Source: Candidatus Woesebacteria bacterium GW2011_GWA1_44_23 (lineage in GTDB: Bacteria; Patescibacteriota; Microgenomatia; UBA8517). From it: a stretch of DNA of 63,486 nt. Shown here piece by piece: positions 9,010 through 19,166 of the stretch. The notes under the pieces are model-generated. The model searched no databases. It worked only from the letters and a program-made list of their open reading frames with translations, and was not told the DNA's origin. Location: the NCBI GenBank assembly GCA_001001045.1, contig LCIL01000004.1, positions 1-63,486 on the forward strand, read 5' to 3'. A program made the position numbers and the translations under genes. How positions within the stretch are numbered: position 1 is the first letter of the stretch; each line of letters starts with the position of its first letter.

Positions 9010-10503
9010 ATGGACAAGAAATTCTACATAACTGCAGCCATCCCCTACGTCAACGCAGCCCCACATATCGGACACGCGCTTGAGTTCGTGCAAACTGATA
9101 CAATCGCACGCTATCACAAACTTATGGGCGAGAGCGTGCTTACTCTTTCTGGCGGGGATGAAAATGCTCTCAAAAATGTTCAGGCCGCCGAAAAAGCCGG
9201 CGAGGAGGTCCAAGCCTTCGTCGATAAAAACACAGAGAAATTCTTTGATCTAACCAAAAAAATAAACTGTCAGTTTGACATTTGGCAAAAAGGAAGCGAC
9301 CAAAAGCATCATTTTCCCTCTGCTCAAAAACTCTGGGGGCTTTGCGGTAAAGCCGGAGATATTTACAAAAAAACCTATGAGGGTCTTTATTGTGTGGGCT
9401 GCGAACAATTTTATTTGCCCTCAGAGTTGAACGAAAACGGAGAGTGCTTCGAACACCCGGGTAAAAAACTTGAGATTGTCTCGGAAGAAAACTACTTCTT
9501 CAAGCTCTCAAAGTACCAAAAGGAATTGGTTGATTTAATCGAATCTGACAAATTAAAAATAATTCCAATCGAGAGGAAAAATGAAGTTCTGTCTTTCTTA
9601 AAGGAGCCACTTCAGGATATTAGCATCTCCCGTTCAAACGAAAGAGCAAAAAATTGGGGCGTTCCGGTTCCAAACGACAAAACACAACGCATTTATGTCT
9701 GGTTCGATGCATTAAATATTTATCAATCGGGTGTCGGATTTAGCTGGGATGAAGAAAAATATAAAAAATGGTGGCCGGCTGATCTCCATGTAATTGGCAA
9801 AGGTATAACCAGATTTCATGCTGTTTACTGGCCGGCATTCCTTCTTTCCGCAAAATTGCAATTACCTAAGGCGATTTTTATTCATGGATATTTCACCGTT
9901 AATGGGCAAAAGATGTCAAAAACTTTGGGAAATGTAATCGATCCGGTTAACATAATAGAGAAGTATGGAGCTGATGCTCTGAGATATTATTTATTGGCAA
10001 AATTCTCGCCGTTTACAGACGGCGACTTTTCTGAAGAAAAGTTAAAAGATGTTTATAACGGTGAGCTAGCGAACGGACTTGGAAATCTGGTGGCACGAAT
10101 AGCAAAGGTTTGCGAAAACATCGACATTACGATGACTGCTATTTCAAAGAAGGTCGCGGGGGTAGAAAACAAGATAGTTTTTTGGATACCCGATCCAGAT
10201 TTGGAGAGAAAATATATTGAAGCAATAAAGAATTATAGATTCGATGAAGCACTAAGATTGGTGTGGGAGAAGATTGCCGATCTTGACGGCAAAATATCTA
10301 ATAAAAAACCTTGGGAGTATGGCAAATCGGAAAGAGATTCTGAAGAGATAGAAAACTTCTTAAAAGAAGATGCTGTGTTGTGGATTAGAGACATCGCAAA
10401 ACTTTTAAAACCATTTCTTCCTGAAACTGCCGAAAAAATTGAAAAACAATTTAAAGGACCAAAAATAGTTTCAGGAGATTCGCTTTTCCCCCGATTAATA
10501 TGA
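9010..10503 (+). CDS. metG: Methionine-tRNA ligase (short form)
   Basis: YITAAIPYVNAAPHIGH, YCVGCE, YVWFDAL, IGKGITRFH, KMSKT. Confidence 0.96.
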   Translation: MDKKFYITAAIPYVNAAPHIGHALEFVQTDTIARYHKLMGESVLTLSGGDENALKNVQAAEKAGEEVQAFVDKNTEKFFDLTKKINCQFDIWQKGSDQKHHFPSAQKLWGLCGKAGDIYKKTYEGLYCVGCEQFYLPSELNENGECFEHPGKKLEIVSEENYFFKLSKYQKELVDLIESDKLKIIPIERKNEVLSFLKEPLQDISISRSNERAKNWGVPVPNDKTQRIYVWFDALNIYQSGVGFSWDEEKYKKWWPADLHVIGKGITRFHAVYWPAFLLSAKLQLPKAIFIHGYFTVNGQKMSKTLGNVIDPVNIIEKYGADALRYYLLAKFSPFTDGDFSEEKLKDVYNGELANGLGNLVARIAKVCENIDITMTAISKKVAGVENKIVFWIPDPDLERKYIEAIKNYRFDEALRLVWEKIADLDGKISNKKPWEYGKSERDSEEIENFLKEDAVLWIRDIAKLLKPFLPETAEKIEKQFKGPKIVSGDSLFPRLI

Positions 10504-11990
10504 GAGACTGGATAATTAAACATGATAGGATTATCCAAAGGTTCCTGGAAATTCTACCGGGGTTTGTTTCATGGAACCTTATTTTGTTCCCTTACTGGGG
10601 AATACTCGTAATTCCCAGCGCCGTTGCCTACTTCATATTATTTTTTAATATTTTTTGGTTTTATCAATCCCTTCAAATTGCCATATCCTCAATAATTTCC
10701 CATACACGTATACAAGCGGCCAAAATTTATGACTGGATGGGAGATGTCAGGGGTTTTCCCGATTGGCAAAAGGTCCAGCACGTCGTAATCATCCCCACTT
10801 ACAAAGAACCTATTCATATACTGGAAAGGACTTTTGAATCTCTCGCTTCCCAGGAATTCCCGACAAAACAAATAATCCCGGTTCTCGCCATGGAGGGAAA
10901 AGAGGTAGCCCAAGACAGGAATGCAAAGTGGGAGGTATTAAAAGCAAAATACGGGAACGTTTTCAGGCATATGTTTATGACCGTCCACGAGCTTGAAATG
11001 GGAGAGGTTACAGGCAAGGCATCAAACGAAAGATTCGCCGCCGTCTGGGTCAAGGAAAATTATATTGATCCGAATAAACTTGATATTGATTATTTTACGG
11101 TTACCTCGTGCGATGCTGACCATAAGTTTCACCCAAAACATTTCGCTTGTTTGACTTATAAGTTTTTGGATAACCCAGATAGGTATAAAAGGTTTTGGCA
11201 ACCATCGGTTATGTTTTACAACAACATCTGGGAAATTCCGGCAATTACCCGCGTTCCGAATACGTTTATGACCATATGGAACCTTGCTCAGCTCGCCCGC
11301 AAAGACCGCCTTATAAATGCACAAAATTACTGTCTGTCTTTTAAGCTTCTTGACGAGGTCGGGTATTGGGACGCCGACAAAATTCCCGAAGACTGGGGAA
11401 TATTTTTTAAAGCCTTTTTCAAAAAAGGAGGAGGGATTGAGGTCGAGCCGATATATCTTCCCTTAATGGCCGACGCGGCGCAGTCCACCTCCTTGTGGAA
11501 AACCGTAACTAACCAATACCAGCAAGTCCAAAGATGGGCCTGGGGCGTAAGTGACGACCCGTGGATAATTAAAAGCTACTTCTTATCCAGAAACGTTCCT
11601 TTTTGGGACAAAACCACCCGCCTCTTCCAGGTTATTTGGGCGCATTTTCTTTGGCCCGTTAATTGGTTTCTTATAACAATTGGGCTTACGCTCCCTACCC
11701 TTCTTAATCCCGCATTTGGCAGAACAGCATTGGGTTACATGGTTCCCAAACTTTCGTCATTTATTCTGACAATTTCACTCGCATTTCTTCTCGTCATGAT
11801 AGTTATCGACAATATTCAAAAGCCCAAGAGGCCAAATAAAGTCTCTCTTTTCAGGGTGATTCTTACTCCATTCGAGTTTGTCCTAATGCCGATTGCGGGG
11901 TTCTTCTTCTCCGCTCTCCCGGGACTTGATGCGCACACACGTTTAATGCTTGGCAAATATATAGAGTATAGGGTCACGGAAAAGGTTTAA
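10500..11990 (+). CDS. Membrane-embedded GT2 glycosyltransferase (processive type)
   Basis: IPTYKEP, SCDAD, PEDW, QVQRWAWG (QxxRW) and flanking TM helices. Confidence 0.85.
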   Translation: MRDWIIKHDRIIQRFLEILPGFVSWNLILFPYWGILVIPSAVAYFILFFNIFWFYQSLQIAISSIISHTRIQAAKIYDWMGDVRGFPDWQKVQHVVIIPTYKEPIHILERTFESLASQEFPTKQIIPVLAMEGKEVAQDRNAKWEVLKAKYGNVFRHMFMTVHELEMGEVTGKASNERFAAVWVKENYIDPNKLDIDYFTVTSCDADHKFHPKHFACLTYKFLDNPDRYKRFWQPSVMFYNNIWEIPAITRVPNTFMTIWNLAQLARKDRLINAQNYCLSFKLLDEVGYWDADKIPEDWGIFFKAFFKKGGGIEVEPIYLPLMADAAQSTSLWKTVTNQYQQVQRWAWGVSDDPWIIKSYFLSRNVPFWDKTTRLFQVIWAHFLWPVNWFLITIGLTLPTLLNPAFGRTALGYMVPKLSSFILTISLAFLLVMIVIDNIQKPKRPNKVSLFRVILTPFEFVLMPIAGFFFSALPGLDAHTRLMLGKYIEYRVTEKV

Positions 11991-11993
11991 GGA

Positions 11994-12938
11994 TCAGAGA
12001 GATTTGTAGTACTCTATTGTTTTTCGAAGACCTTCGTCAAGGTTTACTACCGGTTCCCAATTCAATATTTTTTTGGCTTTTGTAATATCCGGCTGTCTTC
12101 GCATAGGATCATCTTCCCTAAAATTTCCACTGTATTTAATTTCAGATTTGGAGCCGGTGAGATCTATAATCTTATGCGCCAGATCTTTTACGGTATATTC
12201 GTCGGGGTTGCCCAAATTAAATATCTCTCCATTGGTGTCATCCGAAAACATCGCTTTAAAAATTCCATCAACCATATCACTAACATAACAAAACGACCGT
12301 GTCTGACTTCCGTCCCCATCGATGGTTAAAGTCTCGCCCGAAAGTGACCCGTTAATAAAATTTGAAACCACCCTTCCGTCATCTTTTTGCATTCGGGGGC
12401 CATAAGTATTAAAAATCCTGACAATTCTCGCATTCAAATTATATTTCTGTATATAAACATAGGTCGCGGCTTCCGCATACCTTTTGCTTTCGTCATAACA
12501 GGCTCTTGGCCCAAAAGTGTTGACGTTCCCAAAATAAGTTTCTTTTTGCGGGTGCTCCCGAGGGTCTCCGTAAATCTCGGATGTAGAGGTAATTAAGGCT
12601 CTAGGACCCGTATTTTTTGCTAATTCCAGTACGTTTAAAGTGCCCACAGAATTGGACAAAAGAGTCTCTTCCGGATAATTTTGATAATCGATAGGAGAGG
12701 CGGGAGAAGCGAGATGAAAAATATAATCGACTTGTTGATCGGCTAACCGGCTGATGGGTTTAACTACATCAGCTTCGATAAACTGAAAATTTGGATTTTT
12801 TAAAAGATGTTCGATGTTGTTTTTGGAACCGGTAAGAAGATTGTCGAGACAGATGACTTTATATTTTTTGTCTATAAGAAGATCGCATAAATGGCTGCCG
12901 ATAAATCCGGCCCCTCCCGTAACCAAAATGCTTTGCAT
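11994..12938 (-). CDS. UDP-glucuronate decarboxylase-like extended SDR (UXS)
   Basis: TGGAGFIGSHL, HLASPASP, TSEIYGDP, CYDESKR, RIFNTYGP, DDPMRRQPDI. Confidence 0.9.
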   Translation of the reverse strand: MQSILVTGGAGFIGSHLCDLLIDKKYKVICLDNLLTGSKNNIEHLLKNPNFQFIEADVVKPISRLADQQVDYIFHLASPASPIDYQNYPEETLLSNSVGTLNVLELAKNTGPRALITSTSEIYGDPREHPQKETYFGNVNTFGPRACYDESKRYAEAATYVYIQKYNLNARIVRIFNTYGPRMQKDDGRVVSNFINGSLSGETLTIDGDGSQTRSFCYVSDMVDGIFKAMFSDDTNGEIFNLGNPDEYTVKDLAHKIIDLTGSKSEIKYSGNFREDDPMRRQPDITKAKKILNWEPVVNLDEGLRKTIEYYKSL

Positions 12939-12969
12939 ATGGGCAAATTATACCTTAATATGGTTATAT

Positions 12970-14478
12970 ATGAAATCGGTTTGGCAGAAAATTCATATTC
13001 TTTCGGGCAAACTGCACATACCCTCCCTCCCCAATTGGCTTATTGGAATCCTGGCTCTTATATTTATTCTTCGGATTCCCTCCTTTTTCGAACCTTACTA
13101 CTACGGGGACGAAATGGTCTATATGACCTTGGGCCAGGGGGTACGTCAAGGCGTCACTCTTTACAAAGATATTTATGACAACAAACCCCCTCTTCTTTAT
13201 TTAACCGCAGCCGTATCAGGAAGTCTTTTTTGGTTTAAGATAATTTTGGCTTTTTGGAACCTTGTCACAATTGTTTTCTTCTACAAACTCGCAAAGTTTC
13301 TGTTTGAAAAGGACGAAAAAGCCCAAAAACTCGCAATTATACTTTTTGGACTTTTGACTACCCTACCACTTCTGGAGGGGTTAACCATTAACTCGGAAGT
13401 CTTTATGATAATTTTTACTATCCTGGCGTTTTTAATACTTCTTAAAAAGGATTTAAAACCGCGTGGAGTATTCTTAGCCGGTATTTTTTTAGGTCTTGGT
13501 GCCCTCTTTAAAATGCCAGCGGCATTCGACGCCCCAGTTATCGTTTTCTATTGGCTGATTACGGAAGGACCAAGTAATTGGAAGAGGATACTTAAAAACA
13601 CGCTCATTCTTGTGGCAGGATTTGCCGCTCCGCTCCTGGTAACTTTTATCTGGTACCTTTTTAAGGGAGCTCTTCCCGAATATATCAAGGCTGCATTCCT
13701 GCAGAACGTCGGTTATTTGAGCAGTTTCAGACCCGGTGATGTTCAAAAACCATTTCTTGTACGAAATGCCCCGCTTTTGGTACGGGGGTTTGTAACCCTG
13801 GCCGGCACGTTTATTCTTTTCATTTTCCGGAAAAAACTTTCAAATAAATTTATTTTATTCTCGCTTTGGACAATTTTTACACTTTTTGCAGTAGCCCTTT
13901 CCGAACGGCCGTATCCTCACTATCTCATTCAAACGGTTGCGCCGATTTCGTTCCTTATTGCTATATTCTTTACCGAAAAGAAATTGGAACAGTCTCTTGC
14001 TGTAATTCCTCTGGCTTTAACGCTTTTTGTCCCCGTGTACTATAAATTCTGGCTGTATCCGACGGCAAGCTACTATCTACGTTTTGTTAACTTTGCCACT
14101 CTCAGGGAAACAAGGACTGCCTATTTCAACGGTTTTTCACCCACTACCAGCAGAAATTATGAGATTGCGCAGTTTCTGGTGACATCAAGCAATGTTTCCG
14201 ACCGGGTATTTATGTGGGGGCCGGATTCTGCCGCCGTTTACGCACTTTCAAAACGTCTCCCCCCGATCAAATACGTGGTAGATTATCACATCCTGGAAAA
14301 TTCCACTAAAGCCCAGGAAGCCGAAAATATTGCTTCCAACCCCCCGAAATTTATTATTTTAACGAGCGACAATCCTTACACAGAACTGCTGCCCTTAATT
14401 AAGCAGAAATATTTTTTAATTAACACGATAGGTAATGCCAACGTTTACTCAAGATCTGCTTTTCCTGCCGCGGAATAA
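12970..14478 (+). CDS. GT-C (ArnT/PMT-like) integral membrane glycosyltransferase
   Basis: About 11 TM helices; EPYYYGDE, YKDIYDNKPP, RPYPHY. Start re-assigned to ATG 12970. Confidence 0.75.
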   Translation: MKSVWQKIHILSGKLHIPSLPNWLIGILALIFILRIPSFFEPYYYGDEMVYMTLGQGVRQGVTLYKDIYDNKPPLLYLTAAVSGSLFWFKIILAFWNLVTIVFFYKLAKFLFEKDEKAQKLAIILFGLLTTLPLLEGLTINSEVFMIIFTILAFLILLKKDLKPRGVFLAGIFLGLGALFKMPAAFDAPVIVFYWLITEGPSNWKRILKNTLILVAGFAAPLLVTFIWYLFKGALPEYIKAAFLQNVGYLSSFRPGDVQKPFLVRNAPLLVRGFVTLAGTFILFIFRKKLSNKFILFSLWTIFTLFAVALSERPYPHYLIQTVAPISFLIAIFFTEKKLEQSLAVIPLALTLFVPVYYKFWLYPTASYYLRFVNFATLRETRTAYFNGFSPTTSRNYEIAQFLVTSSNVSDRVFMWGPDSAAVYALSKRLPPIKYVVDYHILENSTKAQEAENIASNPPKFIILTSDNPYTELLPLIKQKYFLINTIGNANVYSRSAFPAAE

Positions 14479-14521
14479 AGGTTGCCAGGTTTTCAAATAA
14501 GCTGTAAGTATCGTACAATAG

Positions 14522-14863
14522 GTGACGTGTATGTGGAATAAACTGGCTTACAGAAACTACTTTCTGACGGCAATCGTCATCAATATCGGGATCTTGCTGT
14601 TACTAATTCTTTTTAAGAGCTTTTTGCCTCCCCAGGCACCGTTATTCTACGGAAGACCCATGGGTGAGGCTCAACTTACAAGTACTTTTGGACTTCTGAT
14701 CGCTCCGGGAGTATCTCTTATGATGACTTTGCTAAATTTATTTCTCAGCCTCTGGGCTAAGGACAGTTTTATAAAAAGACTTTTGGCTATTTCTGCAATC
14801 GTTGTATCCGTCCTAACAGCCATAACCATAACAAAAATCGTTTCATTGGTAGGTTTCTTTTAA
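14522..14863 (+). CDS. Small membrane protein (DUF1648-like)
   Basis: Three TM; LPPQAPLFYGRPMG loop. Start uncertain (14522 or 14531). Confidence 0.55.
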   Translation: MTCMWNKLAYRNYFLTAIVINIGILLLLILFKSFLPPQAPLFYGRPMGEAQLTSTFGLLIAPGVSLMMTLLNLFLSLWAKDSFIKRLLAISAIVVSVLTAITITKIVSLVGFF

Positions 14864-14889
14864 GGCCGAGTTATGGGTAGATTCTGCAT

Positions 14890-15981
14890 ATGAATAACTT
14901 GCGTAACTTATTCCTACTGCCTTGGCTCACCGCCGCAATCGTAGCTTTTGTCTCAACCCCTCTGGTAATCAAATTTGCCGAAAAACTCGGAATAATAGAT
15001 GACCCGAGACGCAACAAACACCCGAAGGTAATTCATACTTACCCCACCCCCCGGGGCGGCGGGATTCCGATTTTTTTAGCACTTCTTATTTGCGGTCTGG
15101 TATTCCTGCCGATCGACAAGCATACGGTCGGGATATTGGTCGGGGCGGCAATTTTAGTTGTAATGGGAACCCTGGACGACAAACTAAACCTGAACCCGTA
15201 TCTGAGATTGGGATTGGGGTTTTTGGCGGCCGCTGCCCCTATTGCGGCGGGGATAGGGATTTCTTTTATATCCAATCCTTTGGGAGGCATAATCGACCTC
15301 AGTCAACCGCAAATAAACTTTACAATCCTGGGTGCCACACATAGCATCTGGATACTTTCCGATATATTTGCCCTTCTTTGGATAACCTTTCTTATGAACA
15401 TAGTAAACATGGGCGCCAAAGGGGTTGACGGACAACTGAGCGGGGTAACGGTGATTGCGGCCCTAACTATAGCTTTCCTTTCCCTGAGGTTTTCGGCAGA
15501 CATTGCCCAGTGGCCGGTTATAATTCTCGCAGCAATCACGGCAGGTGCATACCTGGGGTTTTTACCATGGCACATTTTCCCGCAAAAAATTATGCCTGGC
15601 TACGGAGGAAGTACAATGGCCGGGTACTTGCTTGCCGTACTTTCCATTCTTTCCACAACGAAAGTCGGTGCTTTAATGGTGGTTCTTGGAATCCCGCTTA
15701 TTGATACCGGCTACACCGTCGTGAGGCGGGTTTTAAACGGCAAATCACCCGTTTGGGGTGACAGGGGGCATCTTCACCACAGGCTCCTAGACGCCGGACT
15801 TTCCAAAAGGCAGGTGTCCTATTTCTATTGGGGAGTAACGGGAATCCTAGGATTTCTTGCTCTCAATTTGAATACTACCACGAAGCTGTATACAATGATC
15901 GGAGTGGCCCTTGGCTTAGGAGGACTAATCATATGGTTGACATCACGGCCGAAACAACCGGGAAGACAAAAGACTCGTTAA
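14890..15981 (+). CDS. Polyprenyl-phosphate HexNAc-1-P transferase (WecA/TagO, MraY family)
   Basis: PRGGG, GTLDD, NIVNMGAKGVDG, KIMPG, DRGHLHHRL. Confidence 0.88.
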   Translation: MNNLRNLFLLPWLTAAIVAFVSTPLVIKFAEKLGIIDDPRRNKHPKVIHTYPTPRGGGIPIFLALLICGLVFLPIDKHTVGILVGAAILVVMGTLDDKLNLNPYLRLGLGFLAAAAPIAAGIGISFISNPLGGIIDLSQPQINFTILGATHSIWILSDIFALLWITFLMNIVNMGAKGVDGQLSGVTVIAALTIAFLSLRFSADIAQWPVIILAAITAGAYLGFLPWHIFPQKIMPGYGGSTMAGYLLAVLSILSTTKVGALMVVLGIPLIDTGYTVVRRVLNGKSPVWGDRGHLHHRLLDAGLSKRQVSYFYWGVTGILGFLALNLNTTTKLYTMIGVALGLGGLIIWLTSRPKQPGRQKTR

Positions 15982-16913
15982 TTGTCGGTGCTTTCAAGGC
16001 GATGCGCCCGGTGCATTGGATAAAAAATCTTTCGCTTTTTGCTGCAATATTCCTCTCCGGCGCCATGTTTGAGAAAGGGCGTTTGGAAATGGTCATTTGG
16101 GCTTTTATATCTTTCTGCCTGGCAACATCCGCCACCTACCTTTTTAACGATATCTTGGATATCAAGGCCGACAGACTCCACCCCACCAAAAAGTTCAGAC
16201 CTGTTGCATCCGGATCGCTGCCCGTCTCCGTAGCCATCACTGAAGCGGTCATCCTTGCCTTTTTTTCAATTATAATTGCAGTCTTCGGCGGTTTAAACTC
16301 ACTTTTTCTTTCGGTTGTTGTTGTTTATCTTGCCATGCAGTTTCTCTATAGCGTCGGGCTTAAAAATGTTGCAATTCTTGATATCATAATCATTGCCGCG
16401 GGGTTTGTACTGAGGGTTTACGCGGGCGCATTCGCAATCGATGCTCATCTGTCCGCGTGGTTCCTGCTTTGTGTAATTTCGGCTGCTCTTTTTCTGGCTT
16501 CGGGCAAAAGAAGGGCTGAAATAAATATTGCCCAAAATCTGAACTATGCGACGAGGAAAAGCTTGGGAACATATAAAAAAGAGCTTCTCAACTCTTATGT
16601 CACCATGTTCGGCAACGCATCTTGGATGAGCTGGGCACTTTTTACATTCTTTGAAAGCCCTAAGGCTTCCCTTCCTTTCTGGCTCACCCTGGCTGAGCTT
16701 TCCCGGACTACAACAATCGATAAACTTTTGATGTCTACAATTCCCATCACCATTTTTGGAATAATGAGGTATGAGTCTCTAATATTTGAGGGTAAAAGTG
16801 AAACACCTGAAAAACTTCTCTTAACCGATAAGTCTCTCATAATTGCGGTTGGACTATGGATCCTTTTTATATACTGGGTTCTTTATAGCGGCATATCCGT
16901 CTCCGGTATTTAA
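15933..16913 (+). CDS. UbiA-family prenyltransferase, decaprenyl-phosphate phosphoribosyltransferase-like
   Basis: MRPVHWIKNL, YLFNDILDIKADRLHPTKKFRPVASG, YSVGLK...LDI, GKRRAE. Confidence 0.82.
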   Translation: MVDITAETTGKTKDSLIVGAFKAMRPVHWIKNLSLFAAIFLSGAMFEKGRLEMVIWAFISFCLATSATYLFNDILDIKADRLHPTKKFRPVASGSLPVSVAITEAVILAFFSIIIAVFGGLNSLFLSVVVVYLAMQFLYSVGLKNVAILDIIIIAAGFVLRVYAGAFAIDAHLSAWFLLCVISAALFLASGKRRAEINIAQNLNYATRKSLGTYKKELLNSYVTMFGNASWMSWALFTFFESPKASLPFWLTLAELSRTTTIDKLLMSTIPITIFGIMRYESLIFEGKSETPEKLLLTDKSLIIAVGLWILFIYWVLYSGISVSGI

Positions 16914-16916
16914 GAA

Positions 16917-17792
16917 CTATTTAAGAGTTGCGCTTTGCGTGGCCTCCTGTACCTGGGTCACCTTTTTTACATATTGCCCGGATACCCATCCCTCAATTCC
17001 GTTCGGTAGGCCCGCTTTTGGTTCTTCATACTGAATTTTCACCCACCCGGTTGCTGCGTCCTCGTCGAGAAACAGATATTGGCTGCCCGGTTTAACCTGT
17101 GCAATTTCACTGCCCGAAGTTCCCGGGCCCGACCTGACTCTCAAAAATCCTGTGGGGGTTGAGAGTATCTGGACATAAGTTCTGGCCACGGGTGCGGGAG
17201 TCGGGGTAGGTTCAGGTGCAAGGTCTTTGGCTAGTTTTGCAAATAATGAAAGGCGATAACCGGCCCGAGTATTTAATGTCATTACTCTGCCGGCATACCC
17301 GGGTGCTTTCACCGTGATTTGGTGCTTGGCCGGAGAAATGCCTGACGTCTTATACGGCGCAAAGCCCTGAGGCAGACCGTCAACGGAAACCTGAGCGTTT
17401 TCGGGTATGGATATTACAATTAATCCTGTTTCCTGACTACCTATCTTGTCAAAAGAAATAATGTCTCCGGAGGACGAATCTTCCGTTTCTCCAAACTCCC
17501 TCTCCACTACCGTTTCGATGCCCGAAACGAGCGTGATCTTTGTTTCGTAAGCCATCAAATTTGGTTCAGAAGAACTTGGAACCATTTTGAGTGTTATTTC
17601 ACCGGCTTCGTAGGTATTTTTATATGGGGTTTTGCCAACCAGAATACCGTTAATATAAACATCCGAAACGGGGTCCGAACTGACGGATATGCCACCCGGC
17701 TTTTCTCGAAGGTACCCTATCAGGAAAAATATCGCCGTGATTAGAGAAGCTAATGAAACCAGTGAGACAATAACTATTTTGGCGACTTTCAT
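16917..17792 (-). CDS. Membrane-anchored PEGA-PEGA-SH3b protein
   Basis: TM, DVYINGILVGKTP, AQVSVDGLPQGFAP, Pro linker, TGFLRVRSGPGT...GWVKI...GWVSGQYV. Start ATG 17792 has TACACT 8 nt upstream. Confidence 0.8.
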   Translation of the reverse strand: MKVAKIVIVSLVSLASLITAIFFLIGYLREKPGGISVSSDPVSDVYINGILVGKTPYKNTYEAGEITLKMVPSSSEPNLMAYETKITLVSGIETVVEREFGETEDSSSGDIISFDKIGSQETGLIVISIPENAQVSVDGLPQGFAPYKTSGISPAKHQITVKAPGYAGRVMTLNTRAGYRLSLFAKLAKDLAPEPTPTPAPVARTYVQILSTPTGFLRVRSGPGTSGSEIAQVKPGSQYLFLDEDAATGWVKIQYEEPKAGLPNGIEGWVSGQYVKKVTQVQEATQSATLK

Positions 17793-17836
17793 TGTGTCCG
17801 AGTGTAGCAAAGGAATATGGTAAAATACAAGCGTCT

Positions 17837-17909
17837 GGCCACGTGGTGAAGTGGAAACACGGCTGTCTGCAAAACAGCTACCGCACCAGTTCGATTCTGG
17901 TCGTGGCCT
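17837..17909 (+). tRNA. tRNA-Cys(GCA), CCA not encoded
   Basis: Acceptor GGCCACG/CGTGGCC, anticodon arm GCTGT-CTGCAAA-ACAGC, T arm ACCAG-TTCGATT-CTGGT, U73 discriminator. Confidence 0.96.
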
Positions 17910-17956
17910 CTAAAACTTGACTTTCGGGCTTTTCATAGGTTAGAATAGCGACTCAT

Positions 17957-17979
17957 CCCGCAATTCGCGGGATTTTTTG
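17957..17979 (+). terminator. Intrinsic terminator-like hairpin after tRNA-Cys
   Basis: ATCCCGC-AATTC-GCGGGAT followed by a T run. Confidence 0.65.
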
Positions 17980-18665
17980 TGGCCTGCCCAAATATGCAAA
18001 AAATCAGTCTTGAACTGCCTAAATACCGGCTTCTGCTTCATGTCAAGCTTGTCAAAAGGAGAAAGCCCCTCCTGGCGGAGCCTATTCTGCCTACAAAGGC
18101 TATTATAAACAGGAAGTATAGGACTGGAACTTTTACGGGAAGGCTTGTGAGGTACTTCGCCGATCATAGAAGTATTAGGAAGATATTGGCTACAAGCTTT
18201 GTCTTTGCTGCCGTTCTTGTCGGTTTCATTCCGCAAGACAGCAATCTCCAGGTACAGGCAGATGAAACGGTGATTGAGCCCCAAACAACCTTTGTCACCC
18301 AAAAGAGCATGCAGTATCCGGTTGAGTCCGTGAAAATTAACCAGGGTTACAGATTTTTTCATCCGGGGCTTGATCTTGGCGGGCAAAAAGGAACTCCGGT
18401 AAAGCCTATTATGTCGGGGGTGGTATCTTACGCCGGGTGGGTTTACTCTGGCTATGGAAACCTGGTAATAATAAGTCATAAGAATGGGTTCGATTCATAT
18501 TATGCCCATCTTTCCAAAATTGAGGTCAAAACAGGTCAGGCGGTTGACACAAATACCGAAATCGGGAAAATGGGTACCACGGGTCGCTCGACGGGGTCAC
18601 ACCTTCATCTTGAAATCCATCAAAATGGGGTGTCTCTTAATCCCCTAACAGTCTTGTCCAAATAA
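17979..18665 (+). CDS. M23 family metallopeptidase with TM anchor
   Basis: HPGLD (HxxxD), GYGNLVII, YYAHL, STGSHLHLEI (HxH). Start uncertain. Confidence 0.9.
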   Translation: MACPNMQKISLELPKYRLLLHVKLVKRRKPLLAEPILPTKAIINRKYRTGTFTGRLVRYFADHRSIRKILATSFVFAAVLVGFIPQDSNLQVQADETVIEPQTTFVTQKSMQYPVESVKINQGYRFFHPGLDLGGQKGTPVKPIMSGVVSYAGWVYSGYGNLVIISHKNGFDSYYAHLSKIEVKTGQAVDTNTEIGKMGTTGRSTGSHLHLEIHQNGVSLNPLTVLSK

Positions 18666-19076
18666 TTTACCTTCAAGTAACTCCAGGATCTTCTGGGAAA
18701 TTGGGTGTCTGCACAATACTCGTGCCTCTGAAAACGTCGCCTCGATGTGTCGGTTTACTCCCTCAGGATTCGAAAGATCTCCGTCCCAACGTGTAACCAG
18801 AAAAATGTGCAGAACGTTCAAACTCCCTCCGTCCTCAACCCGCTGAACGTCTCCCAACCCGAACGCTTCCTTTAGTTTCACCCCATACTCTTCAAGCAGC
18901 TCTCTTCTAAGTGCACTATATATCTCCTCCCCAGGCTCAATTTTGCCTCCCGGTATAACTGTATATCCAAAAAATTGGTCTTGAGGTTTTATCCTTTCTT
19001 CAAGCTGAAGCCTCTTTCCATCAAACAAGATGAAAACGACTCCGTGTTTCTCGTGTGCTTCTTTTCTCTCAGCCAT
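18645..19076 (-). CDS. NUDIX hydrolase
   Basis: Nudix box GGKIEPGEEIYSALRRELLEEYGV. Confidence 0.88.
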   Translation of the reverse strand: MAERKEAHEKHGVVFILFDGKRLQLEERIKPQDQFFGYTVIPGGKIEPGEEIYSALRRELLEEYGVKLKEAFGLGDVQRVEDGGSLNVLHIFLVTRWDGDLSNPEGVNRHIEATFSEARVLCRHPISQKILELLEGKLFGQDC

Positions 19077-19166
19077 TAATGGCTAATTTAGCACAATATT
19101 ATTTATTATCAACAATCCCCCCTGAGACTTCGCCATTTCCTCGAAGCTTCTAGAGACAGGTATTTT

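Noticed and set aside
19120-19150. CTTCG-N9-CGAAG hairpin between the NUDIX and AlkA-like genes
   Set aside because: A 5-bp stem is expected by chance, and no second copy was seen.
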